Program-made: the position numbers and the translations under genes | Assembly (NCBI GenBank): GCA_002433895.1 | Contig: DJJA01000006.1 | Location: forward strand, 40,630-104,629 | Reading direction: 5' to 3' | Length of the DNA: 64,000 nucleotides | From: Candidatus Gottesmanbacteria bacterium UBA6580 | GTDB lineage: Bacteria > Patescibacteriota > Microgenomatia > UBA10105 > UBA927 | The notes under the pieces: model-generated | What the model was told of the DNA's origin: nothing | Database searches by the model: none | Seen by the model: the letters and a program-made list of their open reading frames with translations, nothing else | Shown: in pieces, positions 15,706 to 25,489 of the stretch | Numbering within the stretch: position 1 is the stretch's first letter | Layout: each line of letters starts with the position of its first letter

Positions 15706-18297
15706 TTATGGGGTAGGCGTTGGCGTAGGGGAGGAATAATCCTGATTTATACCCACGCGGATTTCGCGCTCGGAAGATGTTCCCCGTTTATCTATCGCTT
15801 TTACTTTTATTGTGTGTGATCCATTGGCTATGTTGATGGTTTCGGAAATTGTCTTTTCGTTTGACCGTTCTTTCACTTTGGAGCCATCAACATAGATTTC
15901 TATCCGCTCAATATCCGCGGTAGATATCGCTTCGGCTTCTACCTGCACATCGTTGTTATCGATACGCTGGTTATCGCTTGGCTTTTTGATTTGGATAACA
16001 ACCTGATTGGAATCGCCGCCGCTATATGTCTCGGTGGGGGCTTTATACTTGCTGTCTTGTCCGGCAATCCAGCCGTTGATACCTTCCTGCCATCTATTTT
16101 TGCCATCGCCGGAAACAGGATCGTCCTCACGTATCACGATAAACAATTTTTCATCATAGTCTCCGGTCGCGACTTCAACACTGTTTGCCAGTTTATTGTT
16201 GTCTTTCCGGGAAATTTTTAATTTCTGATAGATAGCAGCGGGTCCTGTGGGCTCAGTGCCCTTGATAAAAAATTCTTTGCGGGTCGGCTGATTTTCAAAG
16301 GGAAGGCCGCCCCCAAACGCATCGATATCCATTTCTATGACCCCATCCGGGCGGGTGAATGGTTCATCGGGAATATCTTTAATTGCCTCACGCATAATAC
16401 GGTTCCATATGGGAGCCGCGCCCGTGACACCGGAAGCAAGCGTGGGGCTCATCGGCGAATTGTCGTTATTGCCGACCCAGGCGATGACGACACGGCTCTT
16501 GGTATATCCTGCAGTCCAGTTATCACGTTTATCATCGGTCGTACCGGTTTTGGCGGCAACAGTTTTTCCGGAAATCACCAGATGGGAACGTGTCCCGAAC
16601 ACTTCCTTCCGCGCATCGTTATCAGAAAGAATCGAGGATATAATAAACGCTACATCTGGCTCCAATTCTGCCCGTGGGGAGACCGGCTTATGCTCAAACA
16701 ACGTCTTCCCGTTGGTATCCGTCACTTTCAGGATTGCGACAGGATCAGTCCGCATGCCTTCGGCCGCAAAAACACTAAACGCCGTTGCCATATCAATCAT
16801 TTTTACTTCCGCGCCGCCAAGCGGCAACGATAATCCAACACGCTTCAAGTTGGCATCGGTTGGCTCCCACGTCTGCAATCCCATGGCATACCCCAATTTC
16901 AGCACATCCCGCACCCCTACAAGCGCGGCTACTTTTACGGCAGTCGTGTTAATGGAGTTTGCAAGCCCGTACCGGAGTTGCATGGGTCCGCGGTATTTGT
17001 TGTCATAATTTTTAGGATTATATTCGGGTTTAGCCGGGTCACCGGAAGGGTACTTGGTTTCTACATCCATAAGCATGGTGCTCGCGGTGTAACCTTTCGT
17101 CAATGCAGCCGCGTAAATCATGGGCTTGAGTGTGGATCCCGGTTGCCGAAGCCCTTGGGTGACGACATTAAACTTGAGTCCTGAACTATCGGTCGCCGCG
17201 TAGTCTTTGCTTCCCACTATAGAAAGGATTTCGCCGGTTCGCGGATCCATCACGATAGCGGCTCCGTTACTTACTTTTAATTTTTTGGCTTTCTCTACTT
17301 CTTCCTTAACGGCAAGCTGTGCCGCTTCCTGCAGTTTCCAGTCAAGCGTGGTCGTGACGGTCAGTCCGCCCGCGTTTACTGTTTTCTCACCAAACCGCTC
17401 TATCAGCAGTTCTTTGATGTAGGCAACAAAATGCGGTGCCCGCAGTCCGACATCTCCCGAGGCAAACGTCACGGATTCTAGTTGTTTTTTCGCTTCACCT
17501 TCCTGCGCGGGAGTAATGTATCCGTCTTCACGCATTCTTCGGAGTACTTCCTGCGCGCGCCCCCGGTAAGCGGTTTCATCTCCGGTAAACGGGGAATAAT
17601 AACTCGGTGACTGCGGAAGCCCTGCGAGCACGACCGACTGCACAAGCGTCAGGTCTTTCACATCTTTATCAAAGTAATGTTCCGCGGCTGTTTTCACTCC
17701 AACAGCGGTACCGCCATAAGGTGCTTCGTTAAGATACATGAGGAGGATATCGTTTTTGCTGTATTTGCGTTCTATTTGTATGGCAAGCACTGCTTCCTTC
17801 ATTTTCCGGGGCAGTGTCCGTTCCTGGGAAAGCAGGACGTTTTTCACTAACTGCTGGGTCAGCGTCGATCCTCCCTGGCAACGGCGCATAAATACGCACG
17901 CCAATAATCCGCGCATAATACCGGTCGTGGATAACCCTTGATGTTTGTAAAAATCTTTATCTTCTATAGCGACCGTGGCATCTTTGAGATACTGGGGAAC
18001 CTCTTCCCATTTGGCGGGAATTCTGTTGGCTTCTTCAAAAATGTCATAGAGCTTCTCTCCATTTCGGTCAAGCACAACAGTAGAAAGCCCTTCGCGCCGC
18101 TGCACTTTGTCCGGCCGGGGCAAATCTTTGGCATACCACGCAAAAAGAATACCGATAAATAATATAAGAACGACAAATCCTATAAAGCCACCAAACGCAA
18201 CTATGCTCCACAGCTTCATCCGGGAAACACTGGAACCAAATAGTTTCCGCCGCTGCCGCTCGCTGAATAAATCTGACATTTGTATCACGAAATCCAT
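15706..18297 (-). CDS. Class A penicillin-binding protein (glycosyltransferase + transpeptidase) with a C-terminal Big-like/PT-rich extension
   Basis: GT51 'QGGSTLTQQLVKN', TPase 'STLKP' and 'KTGTT', and a C-terminal 'PTPTPTP'. The ORF-track start at 18324 is a TTG; the first ATG is at 18297. Confidence 0.85.
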   Translation of the reverse strand: MDFVIQMSDLFSERQRRKLFGSSVSRMKLWSIVAFGGFIGFVVLILFIGILFAWYAKDLPRPDKVQRREGLSTVVLDRNGEKLYDIFEEANRIPAKWEEVPQYLKDATVAIEDKDFYKHQGLSTTGIMRGLLACVFMRRCQGGSTLTQQLVKNVLLSQERTLPRKMKEAVLAIQIERKYSKNDILLMYLNEAPYGGTAVGVKTAAEHYFDKDVKDLTLVQSVVLAGLPQSPSYYSPFTGDETAYRGRAQEVLRRMREDGYITPAQEGEAKKQLESVTFASGDVGLRAPHFVAYIKELLIERFGEKTVNAGGLTVTTTLDWKLQEAAQLAVKEEVEKAKKLKVSNGAAIVMDPRTGEILSIVGSKDYAATDSSGLKFNVVTQGLRQPGSTLKPMIYAAALTKGYTASTMLMDVETKYPSGDPAKPEYNPKNYDNKYRGPMQLRYGLANSINTTAVKVAALVGVRDVLKLGYAMGLQTWEPTDANLKRVGLSLPLGGAEVKMIDMATAFSVFAAEGMRTDPVAILKVTDTNGKTLFEHKPVSPRAELEPDVAFIISSILSDNDARKEVFGTRSHLVISGKTVAAKTGTTDDKRDNWTAGYTKSRVVIAWVGNNDNSPMSPTLASGVTGAAPIWNRIMREAIKDIPDEPFTRPDGVIEMDIDAFGGGLPFENQPTRKEFFIKGTEPTGPAAIYQKLKISRKDNNKLANSVEVATGDYDEKLFIVIREDDPVSGDGKNRWQEGINGWIAGQDSKYKAPTETYSGGDSNQVVIQIKKPSDNQRIDNNDVQVEAEAISTADIERIEIYVDGSKVKERSNEKTISETINIANGSHTIKVKAIDKRGTSSEREIRVGINQDYSSPTPTPTP

Positions 18298-18361
18298 TGT
18301 AACTGCGATTGACAGAAATGACAAATTGCTGATACGATAATGAGGATGAATACTACAACCA

Positions 18362-18377
18362 AATACGTATATACGTA
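18362..18377. repeat. 16-bp palindrome ATACGTATATACGTAT (tandem of a self-complementary octamer) upstream of the PBP gene
   Basis: Direct reading of the sequence. Confidence 0.8.
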
Positions 18378-18441
18378 TTATCCCTTCAAAGTGGGGTTGG
18401 TTGTTGTGATGAAATAGTACAATTTTTTCTAATCAATAACG

Positions 18442-18466
18442 AACCCCGCGAGTCGGGGTTTTTTTA
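18442..18466 (+). terminator. Terminator-like hairpin (aaccccgcgagtcggggtt + T7) immediately 5' of the SD of the small ORF. No upstream + strand gene for it to terminate.
   Basis: A GC-rich stem followed by TTTTTTT. It is homologous to the hairpin at 12188 and to the degenerate copy at 12256-12270. Confidence 0.6.
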
Positions 18467-18487
18467 TGGATGAAAGGAGGTGATCAT

Positions 18488-18730
18488 ATGATACAGCTTA
18501 AAGAAATTCTAGATGGAAAAACAATAGAGGATAGTGAACAACGCGCAGAGCGCGCATTTCGTATTTCTCGAGACCTCTTGCATGCAAGTTGGGTTTTTAG
18601 TCTTGGCGGTTTACCGAAAATTGGAGCCATATTGCTTGGAAGCTCTATCCCGATCATTATAGAAATGAAACGACAACACGGTAACATCAATAAACGAAAG
18701 AAAGAACGAAATGTAGTATTTCATAAATAA
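18488..18730 (+). CDS. Small hypothetical protein with a central hydrophobic segment, paralogous at its N-terminus to the ORF at 12288
   Basis: SD 'atgaaaggaggtga' lies 6 nt before the ATG at 18488. The ORF tracker started at 18470, inside the SD. A TM-like 'LGGLPKIGAILLGSSIPIII' segment is present. Confidence 0.5.
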   Translation: MIQLKEILDGKTIEDSEQRAERAFRISRDLLHASWVFSLGGLPKIGAILLGSSIPIIIEMKRQHGNINKRKKERNVVFHK

Positions 18731-18774
18731 ACGATGAAATACACATAATATGTGATATAGTAAAAGGAGAAATT

Positions 18775-19971
18775 ATGGATGCAATTGATCATTTATTAAC
18801 CCGAGGGGTAGATACAATTTACCCAACCCGAGCAGAGCTGGAAAAAGTCTTGCGAAGCGGCAAAAAACTCATTTTATACCAGGGGTTTGATCCCACGGGA
18901 ACACAGCTGCATATCGGTCATGCGGTGGGTTTCCGAAAACTCCGCCAATGGCAGGACTTAGGTCATCATGTCATCTTCCTGGTGGGTGATGGTACCGGGC
19001 TCGCCGGAGACCCATCAGGCAAAATGAAAGCGCGTGGCAAATTTATGTCACGCTCTGAACTTCGCGACAACGCAACAGCATACCTCATGCAGGCTTCAAA
19101 AATCGTCCGTTTTGATGGCGATAATCCGGTAGAAATTAAATACAACGGTGATTGGCTTACAGAATTGAAACTCGAAGACATGTTGGGAATTGCACAAAAT
19201 TTTACCGTCCAACAAATGATAGAACGGGATATGTATCAAGTACGCATAAAAGCGGGAGATCCTATTAATCTCCGTGAATTCCTTTATCCGTTGCTCCAGG
19301 GATATGACTCTGTGGCGATGAAGGTGGACTTGGAACTCGGGGGGAGCGATCAAACATTTAACATGCTTGCGGGAAGAACACTGGTTAAAAACATGCTGGG
19401 TAAAGAAAAATTCGTTATGACCGTGCCGCTCCTTGCCGATTCCAAAGGGGTAAAAATCGGCAAAACCGAAGGCAATGTCATAGGTCTTACCGATGCACCG
19501 ACTGATTTTTATGGAAAAATCATGTCGCTGGGTGATGATGCTATCATTCCCTGTTTTACACTGCTTACTGACACGCCGGATGAAGAAATCACTGCCATAC
19601 AGGAACAGATGACAAGGGGTGAAAATCCTATGAAGTTCAAAAAACAACTCGCCTTTGAGCTCACTAAACAATTTAATTCAGAAAATGAAGCAACTAAAGC
19701 ACAAAATGATTTTATACAAAAATTTCAAATTAAAAATTTGGCTACAGTAATAATGCCAACTATCCCATTAAAAGCTTTTAATTCAGCACCTACTATCTCT
19801 GAATTTTTATTAGCAACGAAATTGGTGCCAAGTCGATCAGAAGCAAAACGGTTAATTCAACAGGGGGCAGTAAAGATTGACGACACGGCTGTTATCGATG
19901 ATAATAAACCAAAGGTCAGAATAGGAACCGTAATTAAGGTGGGCAAAACTAAATTTGCAAAAATTGATTAA
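18775..19971 (+). CDS. tyrS: Tyrosyl-tRNA synthetase with a C-terminal S4 domain
   Basis: HIGH motif 'GTQLHIGHAVG', a KMSKS-like 'KIGKTEGN', and the S4-like 'SRSEAKRLIQQGAVKIDD'. Confidence 0.85.
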   Translation: MDAIDHLLTRGVDTIYPTRAELEKVLRSGKKLILYQGFDPTGTQLHIGHAVGFRKLRQWQDLGHHVIFLVGDGTGLAGDPSGKMKARGKFMSRSELRDNATAYLMQASKIVRFDGDNPVEIKYNGDWLTELKLEDMLGIAQNFTVQQMIERDMYQVRIKAGDPINLREFLYPLLQGYDSVAMKVDLELGGSDQTFNMLAGRTLVKNMLGKEKFVMTVPLLADSKGVKIGKTEGNVIGLTDAPTDFYGKIMSLGDDAIIPCFTLLTDTPDEEITAIQEQMTRGENPMKFKKQLAFELTKQFNSENEATKAQNDFIQKFQIKNLATVIMPTIPLKAFNSAPTISEFLLATKLVPSRSEAKRLIQQGAVKIDDTAVIDDNKPKVRIGTVIKVGKTKFAKID

Positions 19972-20169
19972 TAATCTTATGAACTTTTTTAGAAAACACG
20001 AAAAATTCTGGAAGGTAATTGTCGTGATCTCAACAATCGCGCTTGTCGCCACCTCCTTTGTGCCGTTCCTCGCAGGCGGACTGCAATAACGCGCCTCATC
20101 ATGCGCCCCGGCTAGATACCCTGCACGGAAAAGAACCTCATTTACTGGTAATCGCGATATAATAGGGGA

Positions 20170-22230
20170 ATGGATTTACAATTGTCGTCCCTAGTGCAGT
20201 TTCTCCCGCGGGTGGGACCGCGTATGGCATCGCTGCTTCACAAAGTAGGTGTCGAAACCGTCTACAACCTCATGACCTATGTACCATTCCGGTATAAGGA
20301 CTATTCCTTGGTGTCACCGATTGCCCGCCTGCAACCAGGGGAAACCGTGACCGTAGTGGGGGAACTCGAATATATCCGCACGTTTATTACCAAGCACGGA
20401 AAACGGCTCGTCATGGCACGCCTCCGCGATGACAGTGGGGCGATCGACATTACATGGTTCAATCAACTTTATCTAACGAAAATTCTTTCCGCCGGGGATA
20501 CGCTGAGTGTTTCGGGCAATGTCGCATGGTTTGGCCAAAAAAAAGTCTTGTCATCACCCGAATACGAAGTGCTGCGCGCTGCAGGTGAAGGCAAAGACAG
20601 CCTCCACACCGGCCGCCTGGTACCTGTCTACCCCGAAACAGAAGGGTTGTCCTCAAAATGGCTGCGCGGGAGAATTGCGTTTGTCCTTGAACAATATCTT
20701 TCGCTCGTTGAAGACCCGCTCCCCGGACAAATACGCGCCGCCCATCATTTACCGGATCTCCGGAAAGCGATACAGACTATCCATTTTCCCGACACGCTGG
20801 ACGACGCAGCGGCTGCGCGGGAGCGTCTGGCGTTCGATGAGTTATTTACCCTTATGCTGCGGTCCCAGCAACAAAAACGGTTATGGAAACAAACATTAAA
20901 AGCACACGCCATGCCGCTCTCGGCTGCCCTGCTTGAAGAATTTATCAGCCGCTTACCATTTACCCTTACTTCTGACCAATCCAAAGCAGTCAATGATATT
21001 ATCACCGACCTCGGTAGCTCAACGCCAATGAACAGGCTGCTCGAAGGGGACGTTGGTGCCGGAAAAACGGTGGTGGCAGCGGCTGGGATGTTTGCGGCAT
21101 TTATGAACCAACACAATTCAGCCTTACTCGCTCCCACGCAAATACTTGCCGAACAGCATGCAAAAACACTCCGCCTCATTTTAGAGGACACTTTTCATAT
21201 ACAGGTTCATCTTATCCTTGGCGGATCGAAGAAAACCACCATCCCGCCCAAAACAACGGTACCGGCCATTTACGTGGGTACGCATGCATTACTGACAAAA
21301 GCCGAAAAACTTCCTGATTTCGGATTTATTGTGATAGACGAACAGCAACGGTTTGGCGTTGCCCAACGCGCCACACTCCGCGATCAAGCAAAAGAGGATA
21401 TTGTGCCGCACCAACTCGCGATGACCGCCACCCCTATACCACGCACCATCGCCCAAACGGCATTCGGCAATATTGATCTCAGTGTGCTTCACTCACTTCC
21501 AAAAGGAAGAATACCCATAAAAACATGGGTTGTTGCAGCTGCAAAACGGGATGCGGCATATGAGTGGATAAAAAAAGAACTCAGGGAAACGAATTCACAG
21601 GCATTTATCGTTTGCCCGCTCATTGACCAATCGGAAACGCTCACGACGGTAAAAGCCGCGACTACCGAATTCGCCCGGCTAAAAAAAATATTTTCGCCGC
21701 TCACTGTCGGACTTCTGCATGGACGGATGAAAGCCGATGAAAAAACTGACGCGCTTACCCGTCTGCATGACCGGAAAACAGATATACTCGTGTCTACTCC
21801 GGTGGTTGAAGTAGGTATCGATATACCGGAAGCAACAATCATGGTCATTGAGGCTGCCGAACGGTTCGGCCTTTCGCAACTCCATCAGTTGCGGGGGAGA
21901 GTAGGACGCCGCGAAAAACCATCATATTTTCTGCTATTTACTGAAAATGAAACACCCGAAGTCATCAACCGGCTCAAAGCGCTCGAAACCGTCCATAACG
22001 GTCCGGAACTTGCTGAGCTTGATTTGAAACTGCGGGGACCGGGGGAACTATTTGGCACCCGGCAGCATGGGATTGCCGGATTTGCCATTGCGACTCTATC
22101 GGACACGGAATTAGTTGCCGAAGTACAGCGGGCGGTTCGTGACCTCACGGATAAGGATCCTGACCTCTCGCAGTTTCCCCACTTGAGAGAACGCATAAAT
22201 GAGAGTAAAATAGAGATTATTCAATCGTAA
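20170..22230 (+). CDS. recG: ATP-dependent DNA helicase RecG
   Basis: 'GDVGAGKT', 'DEQQRFGV', 'QLHQLRGRVGR', and a wedge/OB N-terminus. Confidence 0.9.
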   Translation: MDLQLSSLVQFLPRVGPRMASLLHKVGVETVYNLMTYVPFRYKDYSLVSPIARLQPGETVTVVGELEYIRTFITKHGKRLVMARLRDDSGAIDITWFNQLYLTKILSAGDTLSVSGNVAWFGQKKVLSSPEYEVLRAAGEGKDSLHTGRLVPVYPETEGLSSKWLRGRIAFVLEQYLSLVEDPLPGQIRAAHHLPDLRKAIQTIHFPDTLDDAAAARERLAFDELFTLMLRSQQQKRLWKQTLKAHAMPLSAALLEEFISRLPFTLTSDQSKAVNDIITDLGSSTPMNRLLEGDVGAGKTVVAAAGMFAAFMNQHNSALLAPTQILAEQHAKTLRLILEDTFHIQVHLILGGSKKTTIPPKTTVPAIYVGTHALLTKAEKLPDFGFIVIDEQQRFGVAQRATLRDQAKEDIVPHQLAMTATPIPRTIAQTAFGNIDLSVLHSLPKGRIPIKTWVVAAAKRDAAYEWIKKELRETNSQAFIVCPLIDQSETLTTVKAATTEFARLKKIFSPLTVGLLHGRMKADEKTDALTRLHDRKTDILVSTPVVEVGIDIPEATIMVIEAAERFGLSQLHQLRGRVGRREKPSYFLLFTENETPEVINRLKALETVHNGPELAELDLKLRGPGELFGTRQHGIAGFAIATLSDTELVAEVQRAVRDLTDKDPDLSQFPHLRERINESKIEIIQS

Positions 22231-22233
22231 CCT

Positions 22234-22437
22234 ATGACACCACTACCAAAACGACGCGCATCAAAAAGACGCCAAGGCAAACGGGACGCAAGCATCCGGA
22301 TGAAATTGCCGGGGTTGTTAATCTGTCCGAACTGCGGTAAGTTACGAATTCCTCACCGTGCATGCAAATACTGTGGTTTCTACGCAGGACGAGCAGTCGT
22401 CGTGAAAAAAGAAAAGAAAGTAAAGAAAACGGCCTAA
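22234..22437 (+). CDS. rpmF: 50S ribosomal protein L32 (zinc-ribbon form)
   Basis: 'MTPLPKRRASKRRQGKRDA...CPNCGK...CKYCG'. Confidence 0.9.
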   Translation: MTPLPKRRASKRRQGKRDASIRMKLPGLLICPNCGKLRIPHRACKYCGFYAGRAVVVKKEKKVKKTA

Positions 22438-22510
22438 CAATCAGTTGTCAGGTGCCAGTTGTCACCACGAGGTGAGAGCTGATTGCTGAAAGCTGATAGT
22501 TTCAGAGTTC

Positions 22511-22864
22511 ATGAAGACTCCCAACGATCCCCGACATCAAAAACGCATTACCAGAATGCAGCAGTTATTCAGCTACAGTTTCCGCGAAGCATCTGTTTCC
22601 GAAGAGACAGCGCCCATCGTCGACAAGCTCACAGCTATTGACGCCTTCATAGAAAAGGCCGCGCCGGAGTGGCCGCTTACCAAAATTGCTAAAATTGACT
22701 TAGCCATTTTACGGCTTTCTGTCTGGGAACTTATGTTTGATACCAAAAATCCGAAAAAAGTCGTCATCGACGAAGCGGTTGAGTTAGGTAAATCTTTCGG
22801 CAATGAACATAGCGCAAAATTTATAAATGGCGTGCTTGGTACCATAGTAAAATTATCACCATAA
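22511..22864 (+). CDS. nusB: Transcription antitermination factor NusB
   Basis: 'FINGVLGTI' motif and an all-helical ~117-aa protein. Confidence 0.75.
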   Translation: MKTPNDPRHQKRITRMQQLFSYSFREASVSEETAPIVDKLTAIDAFIEKAAPEWPLTKIAKIDLAILRLSVWELMFDTKNPKKVVIDEAVELGKSFGNEHSAKFINGVLGTIVKLSP

Positions 22865-22882
22865 GCGCCACCCTAAACATCT

Positions 22883-23569
22883 ATGACACTCGACGAACTC
22901 CAACAAACGATTGCAATACAATTTAACAATCCTGAACTATTGAAGCAGGCGTTTATTCACCGTTCACACTTAAATGAATCCAAAGAAAACAAAGTATCCA
23001 ATGAGCGCCTGGAGTTTCTGGGGGATGCGGTATTGTCATTTATCACGTCCCAGTATTTGTATGAAACCTATCCACAATTTCCGGAAGGCACACTGACCAA
23101 CGTCCGGTCTACCCTGGTTAAAACCAAAAGCCTGGGTGCGGTGGCTGCCAGTCTCGGTCTGGGAGAGCTCCTCATGCTCAGCCGCGGAGAAGAGTCTTCG
23201 GGCGGGCGGAGCAATGAATCGCTGCTTGCTGATTGTTTTGAAGCACTCTTAGGAGCGATTTTCCTTGACCACGGCATCGAGGATGCCAAAAAGTTTCTCA
23301 TGACCCATCTCCTTTACAAAACAGAAACCATTCTCACCACCAAAAGCTACATCGACTTTAAAAGCCTGCTTCAGGAAATTACCCAGGAAAAAACCAAAAC
23401 CTCACCCATATACCGTGTCGTAAAAAGCGAAGGACCGGACCACAATAAAACGTTTTGGGTGGAGGTATCGACGGGAGATACCGTCTTAGGAAATGGTGTC
23501 GGTAAATCAAAACAGGAAGCAGAACAGCAAGCTGCCCAGAGTGCGCTTGAGAAGCGCGGCGATATCTGA
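22883..23569 (+). CDS. rnc: Ribonuclease III
   Basis: 'ERLEFLGDAVL' signature and a dsRBD at the C-terminus. Confidence 0.9.
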   Translation: MTLDELQQTIAIQFNNPELLKQAFIHRSHLNESKENKVSNERLEFLGDAVLSFITSQYLYETYPQFPEGTLTNVRSTLVKTKSLGAVAASLGLGELLMLSRGEESSGGRSNESLLADCFEALLGAIFLDHGIEDAKKFLMTHLLYKTETILTTKSYIDFKSLLQEITQEKTKTSPIYRVVKSEGPDHNKTFWVEVSTGDTVLGNGVGKSKQEAEQQAAQSALEKRGDI

Positions 23570-23584
23570 TAGAATATTACTTCT

Positions 23585-23818
23585 ATGGTAAAGATTCGTT
23601 TAGCCCAATACGGAGCCAAAAACAGACGGACATACCGCATCGTTGCGATTGAAGAGGGAAAAAGACGCAACGGAACGCCGGTTGAGATGCTTGGCTTTTA
23701 TAATCCGCTGGTAAAACCGGCGCAGGTTTCTATTAATCTTGAACGCGTCGCATACTGGAAGAGCCAGGGCGCAGTGGTAAGCCCCGGAGTTGAAAAGCTT
23801 CTGGTTAAACCCTCATGA
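23585..23818 (+). CDS. rpsP: 30S ribosomal protein S16
   Basis: 'MVKIRLAQYGAKNRRTYRIVA'. Confidence 0.95.
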   Translation: MVKIRLAQYGAKNRRTYRIVAIEEGKRRNGTPVEMLGFYNPLVKPAQVSINLERVAYWKSQGAVVSPGVEKLLVKPS

Positions 23819-24066
23819 AAGACACACTAGATTATTTTGTCCGGACACTCGTTGATCACCCTGACGATGTCGTTATTGATGAACGGCAGGACGGCGAGGC
23901 GATTATCCTGACGATCCACACGAACCCTGAAGACACCGGTAAAGTTATCGGAAAGAGCGGACGCATTATCCGGGCGCTTCGCGACCTCATGAAAGTCATC
24001 GCGGCAAAACGAAACATCTATATTGATGTGGAAATCGCCGAGGATGCACCGCCAGTTGAGGCGTGA
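23815..24066 (+). CDS. KH-domain RNA-binding protein (YlqC-like)
   Basis: 'VIGKSGRIIRALRDLM' GxxG KH motif, and its position between rpsP and trmD. Confidence 0.8.
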   Translation: MKDTLDYFVRTLVDHPDDVVIDERQDGEAIILTIHTNPEDTGKVIGKSGRIIRALRDLMKVIAAKRNIYIDVEIAEDAPPVEA

Positions 24067-24069
24067 GCT

Positions 24070-24768
24070 ATGCACATCTCCATCATTACCTTATTTCCGG
24101 AAATGTTTTCCGGAGCATTTGATGCTTCTATCGTTAAACGGGCAAAGGAAAAAGGGAAACTCCACATACATCTTGTTAATCTCCGTAAATTTGCATCCGA
24201 CACTTATGGCACCGTTGATGACCATCCCTATGGGGGAGGAACGGGTATGGTACTTCGGGTTGATGTCATTGACCGGGCGCTCAAACACACGCGCACACTT
24301 ATCAAAGAAGGGACACCACGCGTTATACTTATGACTCCGCAAGGTGAAACATACACACAAAAAAAAGCACGCCAATTAAGCACCGCCGATCATCTTATAC
24401 TCCTCTGTGGTCACTATGAGGGAGTAGATGAACGGGTGCGCGCCCTCGTTGATGAAGAAATTTCCATCGGAGATTATGTCCTTACCGGAGGCGAAATCCC
24501 GGCTATGGTTCTCACTGACTCAATAGCCCGTCTTCTACCGGATGTACTGGTGAAAGCCGACGCCACCACGAACGAATCATTTGAACAATCTATGCTCGAA
24601 TATCCTCATTACACACGCCCCGAAATATATGGAGACGCACGCGTGCCTGCGGTATTACTTTCCGGAAATCATAAAAACATTACCAAATGGAGACAGGAAC
24701 AAGCGTTGGAGAAAACGCGAAAAAGACGCCCCGATTTATTACTCAGGGAGAAAAAGGATTTGGCTTAA
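24070..24768 (+). CDS. trmD: tRNA (guanine37-N1)-methyltransferase
   Basis: 'MHISIITLFPEMF...'. Confidence 0.9.
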   Translation: MHISIITLFPEMFSGAFDASIVKRAKEKGKLHIHLVNLRKFASDTYGTVDDHPYGGGTGMVLRVDVIDRALKHTRTLIKEGTPRVILMTPQGETYTQKKARQLSTADHLILLCGHYEGVDERVRALVDEEISIGDYVLTGGEIPAMVLTDSIARLLPDVLVKADATTNESFEQSMLEYPHYTRPEIYGDARVPAVLLSGNHKNITKWRQEQALEKTRKRRPDLLLREKKDLA

Positions 24769-25483
24769 TCTGACCAATAAACGGCTCTGGCAGCGCCTCC
24801 GCACTTTGCGTGATAAGCTCCATGTTTCCCAAGCGATCGATAATCGCGACATCAGCAGCCGTTAACTCAGGAAGGATTGTTTTTGCTGTTCCCAGGCTGG
24901 TCGGAAGTGGCTCATAAAACGCGTCCATTTCTATCGAAACCGTCAGCGGGCGATCATCAGGAGGAAACGCAATAGAAAATGTGCGGATACGCAACAAACG
25001 CCGCACGTTTGGCGCCAATGTAATAAATTCCTGCACCGCGGAGATCGACCCGTTCACCGTCACAGAAAAAGGGACAGTTCTTGTGCCCAACTTCCGGTCT
25101 GCCGCCGATAGTTTCGCCGCGGATGGAGTAGCGAGTGTGGTGCCACCCGATAAACTCATTTGTTCTACCGAGACCCCCGTCCGTGCAGCAACCCCTTCAA
25201 CCGTCTCAAATAGTGAAGGAAACGACCGGTCACCCGGCACAGCGGTAAGGACACTCGCTAATTGAAAACGGAGGGTCTGTTCATCCAAAGTATTCAATGT
25301 ATTTAATTTTTTCTGCAACCCGTCGGCTTCCGCGGCGATGTCACGCACCTGACTGAGCATCTCTTGTATTTTTAGGATGGAAGGGGCCACTGCCAGGACG
25401 ATTGCAACGACACAAAACAGCACGATTGCTCCCGAGACAATCATGCCCTGATACGTACGGAGTGTTTTATTAACTGGTTGCAT
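24743..25483 (-). CDS. pilO: Type IV pilus assembly protein PilO-like (N-terminal TM + coiled coil)
   Basis: The topology fits PilO, and the gene sits immediately after pilM-pilN. Confidence 0.55.
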   Translation of the reverse strand: MQPVNKTLRTYQGMIVSGAIVLFCVVAIVLAVAPSILKIQEMLSQVRDIAAEADGLQKKLNTLNTLDEQTLRFQLASVLTAVPGDRSFPSLFETVEGVAARTGVSVEQMSLSGGTTLATPSAAKLSAADRKLGTRTVPFSVTVNGSISAVQEFITLAPNVRRLLRIRTFSIAFPPDDRPLTVSIEMDAFYEPLPTSLGTAKTILPELTAADVAIIDRLGNMELITQSAEALPEPFIGQIKPNPFSP

Positions 25484-25489
25484 AAAAAA

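Noticed and set aside
22447-22459. The 13-mer GGTGCCAGTTGTC is shared with 35078-35090, inside a pilin gene
   Set aside because: A 13-mer coincidence at this window size is expected by chance (tens of such pairs). One copy is coding and the other intergenic.
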